Positions 1 to 9,261 of a DNA stretch of 64,000 nucleotides are shown here, one piece after another. The stretch is from a virus: positions 46,194-110,193 of the IMG/VR virus record IMGVR_UViG_3300020421_002402. One strand, given 5' to 3'. The notes under the pieces were generated by a model. That model made no database searches. It was given only the letters and a program-made list of their open reading frames with translations, and was not told the origin of the DNA. The stretch's first letter is position 1, and the number at the start of each line of letters is the position of its first letter. A program made the position numbers and the translations under genes.

Positions 1-608
1 AACGTAGTTTAGACGAGTTCGAGTATCATGCTAACATGGCACGTTGGATGGGGTATGGTAAAGAGTTCATGGACATGAAACTCAATATACACATATCTGG
101 ACGTCAAGGAGCACAAGGTATTATAAATATACTACCTAAATTATCACCTGAGGCTCGTAACACTATTGCAATCGAAAATGATGAGATGTGTCACGGACTC
201 GATGAATCATTAAAATTGGAGAAACATTTGGCATTGGTGTTGGACATACATCACCATTGGATTAGAGATGAAGAATATATACAAGCAAATGATGACCGTG
301 TTAAAAGGGTCATTGATAGTTGGCGCGGTGTTAGGCCTACTTTACATTACAGTTACAGCAGAAATGAATGGCTGGATCAATCAAGCAGAATTGATGAAGG
401 AAACAGGCATGATTCCTTACATTCCATATCTGACCTTTTAGAGTCTGGTGCTAAGAAACAAAAACTTAGAGCACATTCAGATTTTTACCCTAATGAAAAA
501 GTTAATGAATGGGCATTGAGTTTCTTTGATAATTTTGACATTCAATGCGAAGCAAAGGCTAAGAATTTAGCCAGTGAAGAATTATACCTGCAATATATAA
601 ACACATAA
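1..608 (+). CDS. uvsE: UV damage endonuclease (5'-truncated by window edge)
   Basis: Frame is open upstream of the ATG at 36. Motifs NIHISG, IENDE, LDIHHHW, RAHSD and CEAKAKN. Confidence 0.9.
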   Translation, partial: RSLDEFEYHANMARWMGYGKEFMDMKLNIHISGRQGAQGIINILPKLSPEARNTIAIENDEMCHGLDESLKLEKHLALVLDIHHHWIRDEEYIQANDDRVKRVIDSWRGVRPTLHYSYSRNEWLDQSSRIDEGNRHDSLHSISDLLESGAKKQKLRAHSDFYPNEKVNEWALSFFDNFDIQCEAKAKNLASEELYLQYINT

Positions 609-630
609 ATTGACTCCGGAGTCTTTTTGT

Positions 631-730
631 GTTGACTGTTTGGGGAACACCGAGTTCCTTTTCTATCTATCACATCTTAATGAGCGGTGAAATACTTAAT
701 GTTGTCAACTGGTTCATTACCAAACAGTTG
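631..730 (-). ncRNA. Candidate ~100-nt structured small RNA
   Basis: Minus-strand TAAATA box at 740-735. 9-bp closing stem 635-643/720-728 and internal GGAAC/GTTCC hairpin. Confidence 0.4.
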
Positions 731-810
731 CTAATATTTAATCGTTTGCTAGAAAAGTATGTTGAAATAGTGTATTTTGAGTAAATATTGGTGTTAAAAG
801 GAGTTTTAAT

Positions 811-1164
811 TTGACTTATGTAGTAAAGGGTGAATGCGTAGATTGTAAACATACTACCTGTGTGAAAGTGTGTCCTGTTGACTGTTTCCATGAAGGTGAA
901 AATACAGTTGTTATAGACCCAGACGTCTGTATCGATTGTGCTATCTGTGAACCTGAATGCCCAGTAAATGCTATTGTGTCAGACAGAAAACTTGAAACAG
1001 AATCAGACCAAGAGTGGCTAAAGTTTAACACAGACATGAGTAAAGAATGGCCCGTAATAACCAAAGTAAAAGACCCCTTACCTACTTACGAAGAAGCGGC
1101 TAATTATACCGATGATGAAAATTGGAGTAAAGTGAGTAGAATACCAGCCAAGCAAATCGATTAA
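811..1164 (+). CDS. fdxA: FdxA-type dicluster ferredoxin
   Basis: CVDCKHTTCVKVCPVDCF and CIDCAICEPECP. TTG start after AAGGAG. Confidence 0.92.
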   Translation: MTYVVKGECVDCKHTTCVKVCPVDCFHEGENTVVIDPDVCIDCAICEPECPVNAIVSDRKLETESDQEWLKFNTDMSKEWPVITKVKDPLPTYEEAANYTDDENWSKVSRIPAKQID

Positions 1165-1202
1165 ATAAGTTCAAATACGCCAAAAAAACAGGCACAAAAT
1201 AC

Positions 1203-1231
1203 TTGACATATCACCTTAATGTTAGTATAAT
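1203..1231 (+). promoter_or_regulatory. sigma70-type promoter
   Basis: TTGACA-17-TATAAT. Confidence 0.8.
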
Positions 1232-1262
1232 ATATGTATATTTTAAATAAGGAGAGGGGAGT

Positions 1263-1808
1263 ATGGAAACATTATACGCAGTATTAACATCCATGATGTT
1301 AAGTTATGCACCCTACAATGCTACAGACGTTCTTATTGATAGAGACGAAGCATTTTGTTTAGCACAAAATGTTTACCACGAAGCCAAAGGTGAAAACCTA
1401 GCAGGTAAATCAGCAGTTGCTCATGTAACTCTAAACAGAGTTGCACATGAAAAATATCCTAACACTATATGTGGTGTTACAAAACAAGCAAAGTATAGAA
1501 CCAATTGGAGAGGAAATGAAACACCTATCATAGGTATGTGTCAATTCAGTTGGTACTGTGATGGCAAATCTGACGACATACAAATTGTTTATAGAAAAAG
1601 TTATCCAGGAAAACCTATTGGTCCTAATATGGAAGCCTGGAAACAAAGTGTTCAAGTTTCTTTATTGGCAATGTATGGCACAACAATAGATCCAACAAGT
1701 GGTGCAACACATTATTATAATCATAATATCAGTCAGCCAACTTGGGGTCAGGTATATCCAGTTGTTGCAGTTCTAAGCAATCATACTTTCTTAGTTAGGA
1801 ACGATTAA
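1263..1808 (+). CDS. Cell wall hydrolase, SleB/Hydrolase_2 family
   Basis: CLAQNVYHEAKGE, VTLNRV, CQFSWYCDG, GATHYY. Confidence 0.9.
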   Translation: METLYAVLTSMMLSYAPYNATDVLIDRDEAFCLAQNVYHEAKGENLAGKSAVAHVTLNRVAHEKYPNTICGVTKQAKYRTNWRGNETPIIGMCQFSWYCDGKSDDIQIVYRKSYPGKPIGPNMEAWKQSVQVSLLAMYGTTIDPTSGATHYYNHNISQPTWGQVYPVVAVLSNHTFLVRND

Positions 1809-1855
1809 AACAGTATATTAAGATAAATACTCTTGTAGGAAACACAGGAGTAATT

Positions 1856-2314
1856 ATGTACGAGTATAGATGTAAAGTCATCAGAGTAATTGATGGCGAC
1901 ACGGTTGACGTGGACATAGATTTAGGTTTTGATATTATGCTCAGAGACGAAAGAGTTCGTATCATGGGTATAGACACACCAGAAAGTAGAACCAGAGATA
2001 AAGTTGAAAAGAAATTTGGTTTGGCAAGTAAAGTTAGATTAAAAGAACTTATTGGTGGAAAGTCAGGACCAATTCTCAAAACACAGATTAATAAAAAAGG
2101 CGAAGATATGCGAGGTAAGTTTGGACGTATATTAGGTGACTTTGTTACTGATGATGGCAGACTTGTTACTGACATATTAGTTGAAGAAGGACATGCAGTT
2201 GCATACTTCGGAGGCAGTAAAGAAGAAATACAAGACAAGCATATGGCTAATCGTAAAAAATTAATCAGAGAAGGTCTTGTTGATGTAACTTTGGAAGAAG
2301 CCGGAATTCAATAA
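1856..2314 (+). CDS. Thermonuclease (SNase-like)
   Basis: RVIDGDT, RIMGIDTPE, GKFGRILG. Confidence 0.9.
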   Translation: MYEYRCKVIRVIDGDTVDVDIDLGFDIMLRDERVRIMGIDTPESRTRDKVEKKFGLASKVRLKELIGGKSGPILKTQINKKGEDMRGKFGRILGDFVTDDGRLVTDILVEEGHAVAYFGGSKEEIQDKHMANRKKLIREGLVDVTLEEAGIQ

Positions 2315-2322
2315 AAAATAGG

Positions 2323-2350
2323 TTGACATTTCATAACTATTCTGTATAAT
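2323..2350 (+). promoter_or_regulatory. sigma70-type promoter
   Basis: TTGACA-16-TATAAT. Confidence 0.7.
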
Positions 2351-2372
2351 ACAAATATTACAGGATAGAAGT

Positions 2373-2669
2373 ATGCTTATTGAAGTTATTAAAGAAAACG
2401 AAGTTGTTAGTTGCAGACTTACAACAGGCGAAGAATTAGTCGCACGACTAAAAAAAGACAGACGAGATAAAGACAATCTCGTGGAATTATCACAACCCCT
2501 CATAGTTGGTAGAAGTGCAGAAGGCTTTGGACTTATGCCATATATGATGACAGTCAATCCAGAATCCACAGTAACTATTAAGATGGAACATATTTTGAGT
2601 ATGGCTAAGACTAATGATGAAATAAGTAAAGGCTACACAAAACAAACAAGCAAAATAGAGACATTATAA
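2373..2669 (+). CDS. Phage hypothetical protein, Sm-like fold suspected
   Basis: RLTTGEELVA pattern typical of small T4-like phage proteins. Confidence 0.55.
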   Translation: MLIEVIKENEVVSCRLTTGEELVARLKKDRRDKDNLVELSQPLIVGRSAEGFGLMPYMMTVNPESTVTIKMEHILSMAKTNDEISKGYTKQTSKIETL

Positions 2670-3139
2670 TGGTAAACAAAAGATTTTATTCAGGAAAAAC
2701 TTATTCACATGCAACTGGACATAGTTGTGCATTTAGACAATGGCGAGCAGACAGCCATTGTAATTTAATACATGGATATGCATTACAGTTTGAACTTAAA
2801 TTTGGTGGCGAACTAGATGATAGGAATTGGATTGTAGACTTTGGTGGACTAAAGCCACTGAAAGAATGGTTGAAGTATATGTTCGACCACACATATCTAG
2901 TTGCAGAAGATGATCCAGAATTAGAAACAGTCAAAATGTTACAAGAGAAAAATCTTATTGACATGAGACTTTTACCAGCAGTTGGTTGCGAACGTTTTGC
3001 AGAGCAAGTATTTGACTATGCACAAAACTTAGTTGATGAATTAACTGATGGTAGATGTTGGGTACAAGAAGTTACAGTTAGAGAACATGAACACAATTCT
3101 GCGACAGTAGAACGTAATGACCATCAAAAAGTTGTTTAA
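2669..3139 (+). CDS. queD: 6-carboxytetrahydropterin synthase (QueD/PTPS)
   Basis: HCNLIHGY, WIVDFG, FDHT, CERFAE, V.EHE.NSA. Confidence 0.85.
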   Translation: MVNKRFYSGKTYSHATGHSCAFRQWRADSHCNLIHGYALQFELKFGGELDDRNWIVDFGGLKPLKEWLKYMFDHTYLVAEDDPELETVKMLQEKNLIDMRLLPAVGCERFAEQVFDYAQNLVDELTDGRCWVQEVTVREHEHNSATVERNDHQKVV

Positions 3140-3161
3140 AAAATAAATTAAAACATAATAG

Positions 3162-3183
3162 AACCCCCTGTTTTGGGGGTTTT
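3162..3183 (+). terminator. Intrinsic terminator
   Basis: AACCCCC/GGGGGTT stem followed by T tract. Confidence 0.7.
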
Positions 3184-3241
3184 GTACATTAACAGGATAG
3201 TTTATGTAATCAGTATTGTTTAATTGGTTACGAAAATACGA

Positions 3242-3247
3242 TAAATA
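3242..3247 (+). promoter_or_regulatory. T4-late-like promoter box, 5 nt before ATG (leaderless)
   Basis: TAAATA-ttggt-ATG with no SD. Confidence 0.55.
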
Positions 3248-3252
3248 TTGGT

Positions 3253-4668
3253 ATGCTATTCGGTATATTCACATTAATAACAGCCTTAGCCATTGCCGGA
3301 GTTGCGGCATGGTTTTCCATTGAAGGACTAATGGCAATTTTCAGTGCCTCAGCACTTCCTATTGCAATAATGGCTGGAACACTTGAAGTTGGTAAGTTAC
3401 TTACTGCAAGTTGGCTGTATAGATATTGGCATGAAACTTCATTGCTATTAAAAACATACTTGTCCATAGCCGTGGTTGTTTTGATGTTAATCACAAGTAT
3501 GGGTATCTTTGGATATCTATCTAAAGCACACTTGGACCAAGCAGGTGAAACAGGTGATGCTTTTGCAACAGTAGAAAGAATAGATGGACAAATACAAAGA
3601 GAAGAAAACAAAATTGCACTACTCGAAGATAGAATATTAGGAGTAGGTGGTAGTATAGATGTTTCCGAAAGTATTAAACAACAAGAAGAAATAAGAGATG
3701 GTGCTTGGGCAAGAGTTCAAGGTGATATAGATTATGCAAATGGTCAAATAGATAGATTAAGAGACCAACTAGCAGTATTAGACAAAGCAGTAAATGACCT
3801 TAGAGAGAAAGGTGTTGAAGTTGTAACACTAGATGAAGGTGGTGCTTTTAGACAAGCAGAAACTGAAAAGATTGATTATGTAGCACAGGCAAATGAATTA
3901 TTTGCACAACAAAAAGAACAACGAGACGAAATTAGAGCAGATATACAAGTTCAACAAGACAACATTGACAAGTATAGAGCACAGGCACAGAAAACAATTG
4001 ATGATGCCAATGCTGAAATTAATAAATTAAGAAATCAAAACAGCAGTCAACAAGATGAAAACATCATAAAGATAGATGAATACAATACACAAATTGATAG
4101 TATATTTGATAATATTGTAATATTAAAAGATGAAAAGTTTGAAGCAGAAAGTATTGTACGAAACTTAGAAAAAGAAGTAGGTCCTATTAAGTATGTTGCA
4201 CAATTAATATATGGCGACGATACAGAAAGTTATTTGGATCAAGCAGTAAGACTGTTTATTTTAATGCTAGTGTTTGTATTCGATCCACTAGCAGTTGTAT
4301 TAATCATAGCCGCTAACCAAACATTATTACGTTATGGCATTAACTTGGAAAAAACAGGACCTGATTTAAGAGACCAATTAAAAGACGATAGTCCTCCAGA
4401 TTTACCAAGACAACCTAGTCCACCAAGTGCGGTTGATGATGCGGCAGATGTTATGTCAGGTTATAAACAACCTGCACCTATAATTGTAGAAAAAGAAGTT
4501 ATCAAAGAAGTACCAGTAGAAGTCATTAAGGAAGTAGAAAAAGAAGTTGTTGTTGAAAAAGAAGTTGAAGCAGAAATAGATTTGAGTACACCTCCTGCTA
4601 TTAAAGAATTGGAAAAACGACTAGCAAAGAAACTGAAAAAAGATGGCAAAAAAGAAGATAACAGTTAA
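3253..4668 (+). CDS. Membrane protein with long coiled coil and V/E/K-rich tail
   Basis: N-terminal TM helices, central coiled coil, TM segment FILMLVFVFDPLAV, VEKEV repeats. Confidence 0.8.
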   Translation: MLFGIFTLITALAIAGVAAWFSIEGLMAIFSASALPIAIMAGTLEVGKLLTASWLYRYWHETSLLLKTYLSIAVVVLMLITSMGIFGYLSKAHLDQAGETGDAFATVERIDGQIQREENKIALLEDRILGVGGSIDVSESIKQQEEIRDGAWARVQGDIDYANGQIDRLRDQLAVLDKAVNDLREKGVEVVTLDEGGAFRQAETEKIDYVAQANELFAQQKEQRDEIRADIQVQQDNIDKYRAQAQKTIDDANAEINKLRNQNSSQQDENIIKIDEYNTQIDSIFDNIVILKDEKFEAESIVRNLEKEVGPIKYVAQLIYGDDTESYLDQAVRLFILMLVFVFDPLAVVLIIAANQTLLRYGINLEKTGPDLRDQLKDDSPPDLPRQPSPPSAVDDAADVMSGYKQPAPIIVEKEVIKEVPVEVIKEVEKEVVVEKEVEAEIDLSTPPAIKELEKRLAKKLKKDGKKEDNS

Positions 4669-5425
4669 AGAAGCATTAAATGTATTAAATACAAAGTATG
4701 CTAACACATTAGAAATGTTAGATGATGCTTTGGATCAAATAGAAGATTTAGAAAACGAACTGGCTAAAAAGCCTAAGGAAGTGCAAGTTGAGGTCGAAAA
4801 GGTTGTCACAGTTGAGAAGGAGATCCTTGTCCCAGAGGAGAAGTTGGTCACTATCGAAAAGGAGGTCCCAGGACCAGAACGAGTTGTCGAAGTGCCAGGA
4901 CCAGAACGAGTCGTCGAAGTCCCCGTCGAAGTAATTAAGGAAGTAGAAGTTATAAAAGAGGTAGAAGTGCCTGTTGAAGTTCCTGTTGAAAAGATAGTGG
5001 AAAAGATAGTTGAAAAAGAAATTAAAATAGAAGTACCTGTAGAAAAAGTTGTAGAAAAACTTATACAAGGTCCTGAAAGAGTTGTTGTAAGAACTGACAA
5101 TAGAGAAATAGACAGACTTACAGCCTTAGTAGCAGAGTTAGAAAATAGATTAGAACAGAGACCTATCAAAGAAAAAATTGTTGAAGGTCCTAGACGTGCA
5201 GTCAGAGTAGAACTACCAAACACCGGTGACCTCAGGACTGCGGCAACACTTATAGCAAATAGTGAAATGAATATAAATGATTTATCCACAGATGAAATAC
5301 TCAGTATGTTGCAAGAATTAAGTGAAGAAGATGTAAATAAACAGTTGGGAGGTTTTTGGGCAGTCCCATTACCAAACGATACAGATGACGACACAACAGA
5401 CACAAACTATGTTACGAGGAAATAA
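4643..5425 (+). CDS. V/E/K/P low-complexity repeat protein
   Basis: Repeated VEVPVEKIVEK and VPGPERVVE units. Confidence 0.8.
   Translation: MAKKKITVKEALNVLNTKYANTLEMLDDALDQIEDLENELAKKPKEVQVEVEKVVTVEKEILVPEEKLVTIEKEVPGPERVVEVPGPERVVEVPVEVIKEVEVIKEVEVPVEVPVEKIVEKIVEKEIKIEVPVEKVVEKLIQGPERVVVRTDNREIDRLTALVAELENRLEQRPIKEKIVEGPRRAVRVELPNTGDLRTAATLIANSEMNINDLSTDEILSMLQELSEEDVNKQLGGFWAVPLPNDTDDDTTDTNYVTRK
4865..4930 (+). repeat. 27-nt tandem repeat encoding VPGPERVVE
   Basis: gtcccaggaccagaacgagttgtcgaa / gtgccaggaccagaacgagtcgtcgaa. Confidence 0.8.
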
Positions 5426-6693
5426 TGCCCGGTGATAAAGAACACGAACAAAATCTAAGTTGTAGTTTTTGTGGAAAAAAGCGAACTGAAGTAAAAAAGT
5501 TAATCGCTGGACCTAATTCATACATTTGTAATGAATGTATCAATATTAGTCACAAAATTATTAATGAAGAAGATTCATTAGAAGATTTAACCTTCGAAGA
5601 TATACCAACACCAGAAGAAATCAAAGCACACCTTGATGACTATGTTATTAGTCAAGAATATGCAAAAGAAATTTTGTCAGTCTGTGCATACAATCATTAC
5701 AAAACAATTTACAACGACAGTGATACTCATATAGAAAAAAGTAACATTGTTATATTAGGTAATACAGGAACAGGTAAAACACTTTTAGCAAAAACATTAG
5801 CAGAAAAATTAAGTGTACCTTTTGCAATAGCAGATGCAACAACATTAACTGAAGCAGGATATGTTGGCGAAGATGTTGAAAGCATGTTAGAGAGATTACT
5901 TAATATGTGTGATTGGAATTTAGAATTAGCACAAAAAGGTATAGTGTTTATAGATGAGATAGATAAAAAGGCTCGTAAGGGCGAGTCTAACACCGGCACA
6001 AAGGATATAAGTGGGCAAGGTGTACAACAAGCACTTTTAAGACTAATAGAAGGTACAGTAGTTAAAGTATCTTCAAATGGTTCAAAACGTATGGATCAAT
6101 ACGTTGAATTTGATACTACTAATGTACTTTTTATATGTAGTGGTGCATTTGTGGGATTAGAAAAACAAGTAAACACAAAAGCAAACAAAAAGAATATTGG
6201 ATTCAACAAACAATTAAAAACACCAGCAAAGAAAAATACATGGCAACACAAAGTAGAGCATGACGATTTAATCACGTATGGTCTTATCCCTGAACTGGTT
6301 GGTAGATTACCAAACATAGTTCCTTTAGAACCTTTAACACAATCTGATATGAAAACAATTTTGAAATCATCAAAAGCAAGTGTATTACCACAAGTTAAAA
6401 AACTTATGGAGTTCGATGATATACAACTAGAATTTAATGATGAGTATATAGATGACATTGCCAAAATGGCTAGTAAAACAAAAACTGGTGCTAGGGGATT
6501 GAAATCTATAGTAGAAAACAGTTTACATAATATAATGTTTAGGGCACCTAAACTAAAAGAAAATGGAGTTAAAACCGTACGTTTCAACAAATACCCTACA
6601 AAAGATGTTGACACTTACCCTGTTTTCATATATACTAACGGTAATGAAAAATCAGATAATGATTATAAAATAAAAATTAGAGGTAAAAGTTGA
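5425..6693 (+). CDS. clpX: Clp protease ATPase subunit ClpX
   Basis: CSFC..C..C zinc domain, GNTGTGKT, FIDEIDK, IGF loop, GARGL. Confidence 0.95.
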   Translation: MPGDKEHEQNLSCSFCGKKRTEVKKLIAGPNSYICNECINISHKIINEEDSLEDLTFEDIPTPEEIKAHLDDYVISQEYAKEILSVCAYNHYKTIYNDSDTHIEKSNIVILGNTGTGKTLLAKTLAEKLSVPFAIADATTLTEAGYVGEDVESMLERLLNMCDWNLELAQKGIVFIDEIDKKARKGESNTGTKDISGQGVQQALLRLIEGTVVKVSSNGSKRMDQYVEFDTTNVLFICSGAFVGLEKQVNTKANKKNIGFNKQLKTPAKKNTWQHKVEHDDLITYGLIPELVGRLPNIVPLEPLTQSDMKTILKSSKASVLPQVKKLMEFDDIQLEFNDEYIDDIAKMASKTKTGARGLKSIVENSLHNIMFRAPKLKENGVKTVRFNKYPTKDVDTYPVFIYTNGNEKSDNDYKIKIRGKS

Positions 6694-7118
6694 ACAACAA
6701 ATCACAAGGCAGACAACAAAGTCGAAAAATGACTCAGGGTTGGAATTCTCAAAAGAGAAAAGAGCAACCTAAAAAACCACAACACTATTTAGATAAATTT
6801 AGTGGGACCGTAGAAGTACGAAACAACGACGTAAATAAGGCATTGAGAGTTTTGAAAAAGAGATTGGAAAAAGCAGAATTTCAGAAAGAATTGGCGAAGC
6901 AACAATATTACGAAAAGCCTAGTGCAAAAAGAAATCGTAAAAAGAAGCAAGCCAAGAAGAGATGGGACAAGTATGTTAGAGAAGCCGAAGCAAGAGGTGA
7001 TTTTAAACAATACATGCCCACTGGTTCAAAATGGATGAAGTCCAAACGTAAAACAAGGCGAGTAAGAGAATACAACGAAAGGATAGCCGCCATGCAGAGA
7101 AGTCGTGGTAACTTCTAA
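6690..7118 (+). CDS. rpsU: 30S ribosomal protein bS21 with N- and C-terminal extensions
   Basis: VEVRNNDVNKALRVLKK...YYEKPSAKR core within a 142-aa ORF. Confidence 0.85.
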   Translation: MNNKSQGRQQSRKMTQGWNSQKRKEQPKKPQHYLDKFSGTVEVRNNDVNKALRVLKKRLEKAEFQKELAKQQYYEKPSAKRNRKKKQAKKRWDKYVREAEARGDFKQYMPTGSKWMKSKRKTRRVREYNERIAAMQRSRGNF

Positions 7119-7888
7119 TGAGAGTGGTAGTCGTCAGTGGTGGTTTTGATCCACTGCATTCTGGACATATAGACTACTTAGAAGGAGCAAAACAATTAGG
7201 TGATAAACTAGTTGTAGCACTTAACAGTGATGAATGGCTCACAAGAAAAAAAGGCAGGCCCTTTATGCCTTTCGAAGAGAGGGCAAGAATTCTAGAAACA
7301 ATGGACATGGTAGATAATGTTTGGGGTTTCGATGATAAAGACGGCTCAGCAGTTGTGGCTCTGGAAAATGCCAAGAAGGCATATGAACACGCAGAAATTA
7401 TCTTTTGCAACGGAGGTGATAGAACAAAAGATAACATTCCAGAAATGATTGTTGAAGGCGTTGAATTTGTGTTTGGTGTTGGAGGTTCCAACAAATCAAA
7501 CAGTAGCAGTTGGATACTAAAGGAATGGCAATATCCAACTACTAGAAGAGTTTGGGGCGAATTTAGTGATTTGTTCCAAGATGAAGTAGTTAAAGTAAAG
7601 GAGTTGATAATTGAACCAGGGAAAGGTATAAGTTATCAACGGCACTTTAAAAGAAGTGAAATTTGGTTTGTCAGTAAAGGAGAATGCGAAGTAAAGTATA
7701 GTGCTAGTAATCCAGACAACTTTACAAATATAATTCTTAAACAAGATGATAACTTTCATGTAAAAGCAAATGAATGGCATCAAATTGTTAATAGAACTGA
7801 TAAGCCATGTCACATAATTGAAATACAATATGGCGATGAGACCAGTGAAGATGACATAGAACGTCTTCAATATTACAACGGAGAATAA
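7118..7888 (+). CDS. Cytidylyltransferase (RfaE/TagD-like) fused to a mannose-6-P-isomerase-type cupin
   Basis: SGGFDPLHSGH, NGGDR, SSSWIL, then RVWG..KVKEL..SYQRHFKRSEIW. Confidence 0.85.
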   Translation: MRVVVVSGGFDPLHSGHIDYLEGAKQLGDKLVVALNSDEWLTRKKGRPFMPFEERARILETMDMVDNVWGFDDKDGSAVVALENAKKAYEHAEIIFCNGGDRTKDNIPEMIVEGVEFVFGVGGSNKSNSSSWILKEWQYPTTRRVWGEFSDLFQDEVVKVKELIIEPGKGISYQRHFKRSEIWFVSKGECEVKYSASNPDNFTNIILKQDDNFHVKANEWHQIVNRTDKPCHIIEIQYGDETSEDDIERLQYYNGE

Positions 7889-8328
7889 TGGAATTGAAAG
7901 AATTAAACCAGGGCAGAGCATGTGAGATACTTAATTCTATAGTAGAATATGAAATGGCTGGAGTTGTTAGATACGCACACAGTTCGTTAATGATTACAGG
8001 ACCTTATAGGATTCCTATTGTTACATTTTTACAAGAACAAGCAAACGAAAGTCTAGCACATGCCTTACAAGCCGGAGAACTAATTACGGGCTTAGACGGG
8101 CATCCTAGTCAAGTTATAGCACCAATTGAAGAATCACATGACCATAGTATTGTTCAAATACTTCAAGAAAGTTTAGAACATGAAACTCATGCAGTAAATT
8201 TATATAAAGAATTACTTTCTGAAGTAGAAGGTGCAAGTATATATTTAGAAGAATATGCTAGAGGGCAAATTGGACAAGAAGAACAACACGCATTAGAAAT
8301 CAAAAAGATGTTAAAGGACTTTGCATGA
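7888..8328 (+). CDS. Bacterioferritin/ferritin-like protein
   Basis: E...Y and ExxH pairs (ESLAHA, EEQHA) of a four-helix di-iron bundle. Confidence 0.8.
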   Translation: MELKELNQGRACEILNSIVEYEMAGVVRYAHSSLMITGPYRIPIVTFLQEQANESLAHALQAGELITGLDGHPSQVIAPIEESHDHSIVQILQESLEHETHAVNLYKELLSEVEGASIYLEEYARGQIGQEEQHALEIKKMLKDFA

Positions 8329-8771
8329 GACTCAGTTATAAAGATTGTGGCAAAATAGGATTTACATGTAGTACATTCGATTTGCTACATGCAGGACACA
8401 TCACAATGCTTGAAGAAGCAAAAAGACATTGTGATTTTTTGATAGTAGGATTGCAAACAGATCCTACAATAGACAGACCAGAAAATAAAAATCCGCCAGT
8501 ACAAAGTTTAATAGAAAGACAAATACAGTTGGCGGCTGTAAAATATGTAGATGAAATAGTATGTTATGCAACAGAACAAGATTTAGAGGATTTACTTTTA
8601 ACACTTCCTATAAATGTGAGAGTGTTAGGAGTTGAATACAAAGATAAACAATTCACTGGTAAGCAAATTTGCAAAGACAGGAATATTAAATTAGTATTCA
8701 ATGGCAGAGACCATAGTTTTAGCAGTACCAGTCTCAGACAGAGAGTTGCAGAGCATGAAAAATCTACTTAG
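8325..8771 (+). CDS. Glycerol-3-phosphate cytidylyltransferase-like protein
   Basis: STFDLLHAGH, VKYVDE, SSTSLR. Confidence 0.85.
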   Translation: MRLSYKDCGKIGFTCSTFDLLHAGHITMLEEAKRHCDFLIVGLQTDPTIDRPENKNPPVQSLIERQIQLAAVKYVDEIVCYATEQDLEDLLLTLPINVRVLGVEYKDKQFTGKQICKDRNIKLVFNGRDHSFSSTSLRQRVAEHEKST

Positions 8772-9180
8772 ATTATTAGAAAGGTTTGATAGAAAACGAA
8801 TTATATTGGACCGAATACACCAAGAACCATATCTAACTAGGTATTATCTATTCCTAAAAGATAGAAAATGGTTTCCTTTTAACTTTTTCCTACATAATTT
8901 TCATAAAGGTGATCCAGATGACCTACATGACCACCCTTGGAGTTATTTCACAATCATACTAAAAGGTGGATATTGGGAACATACACCCAAAGGAAAATTT
9001 TGGCGTAAAGCAGGAAGTATGAGATTTGCTGGTAGTAAGTCATTACACCGTATAGAATTAGAGCCTAATGTTGATGTTTGGACATTATTCTTTGTAGGAC
9101 CACGTGTTAGAGAATGGGGTTTTATCAAGAAAAACAAGTGGATACATAATGAGACGTATTTATTGTCAAAAAAAGGTTGA
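8755..9180 (+). CDS. Cupin-fold protein (HDHPW family)
   Basis: LHDHPW..IILKGGYWE..HRIEL. Second ATG preferred as start. Confidence 0.75.
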   Translation: MKNLLRLLERFDRKRIILDRIHQEPYLTRYYLFLKDRKWFPFNFFLHNFHKGDPDDLHDHPWSYFTIILKGGYWEHTPKGKFWRKAGSMRFAGSKSLHRIELEPNVDVWTLFFVGPRVREWGFIKKNKWIHNETYLLSKKG

Positions 9181-9204
9181 CATTGATACTAAAAGAAGTA
9201 TAAT
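9177..9204 (+). promoter_or_regulatory. sigma70-type promoter
   Basis: TTGACA-16-TATAAT. Confidence 0.7.
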
Positions 9205-9261
9205 AGTGTATAAGTTAAGGAATTGTCCTTAACACAATCGACAATGTATATAGGAGGTCAT

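Noticed and set aside
4620-4670. Frameshift fusion of the two VEK-repeat ORFs at A-rich runs
   Set aside because: The second ORF is in the +1 frame and has its own ATG. A -1 slip would not join them and no stimulator is visible.
5470-5505. Two in-phase A_AAA_AAG heptamers in clpX
   Set aside because: No downstream hairpin is evident and such runs are expected in AT-rich Lys codons, unlike the site at 38134.
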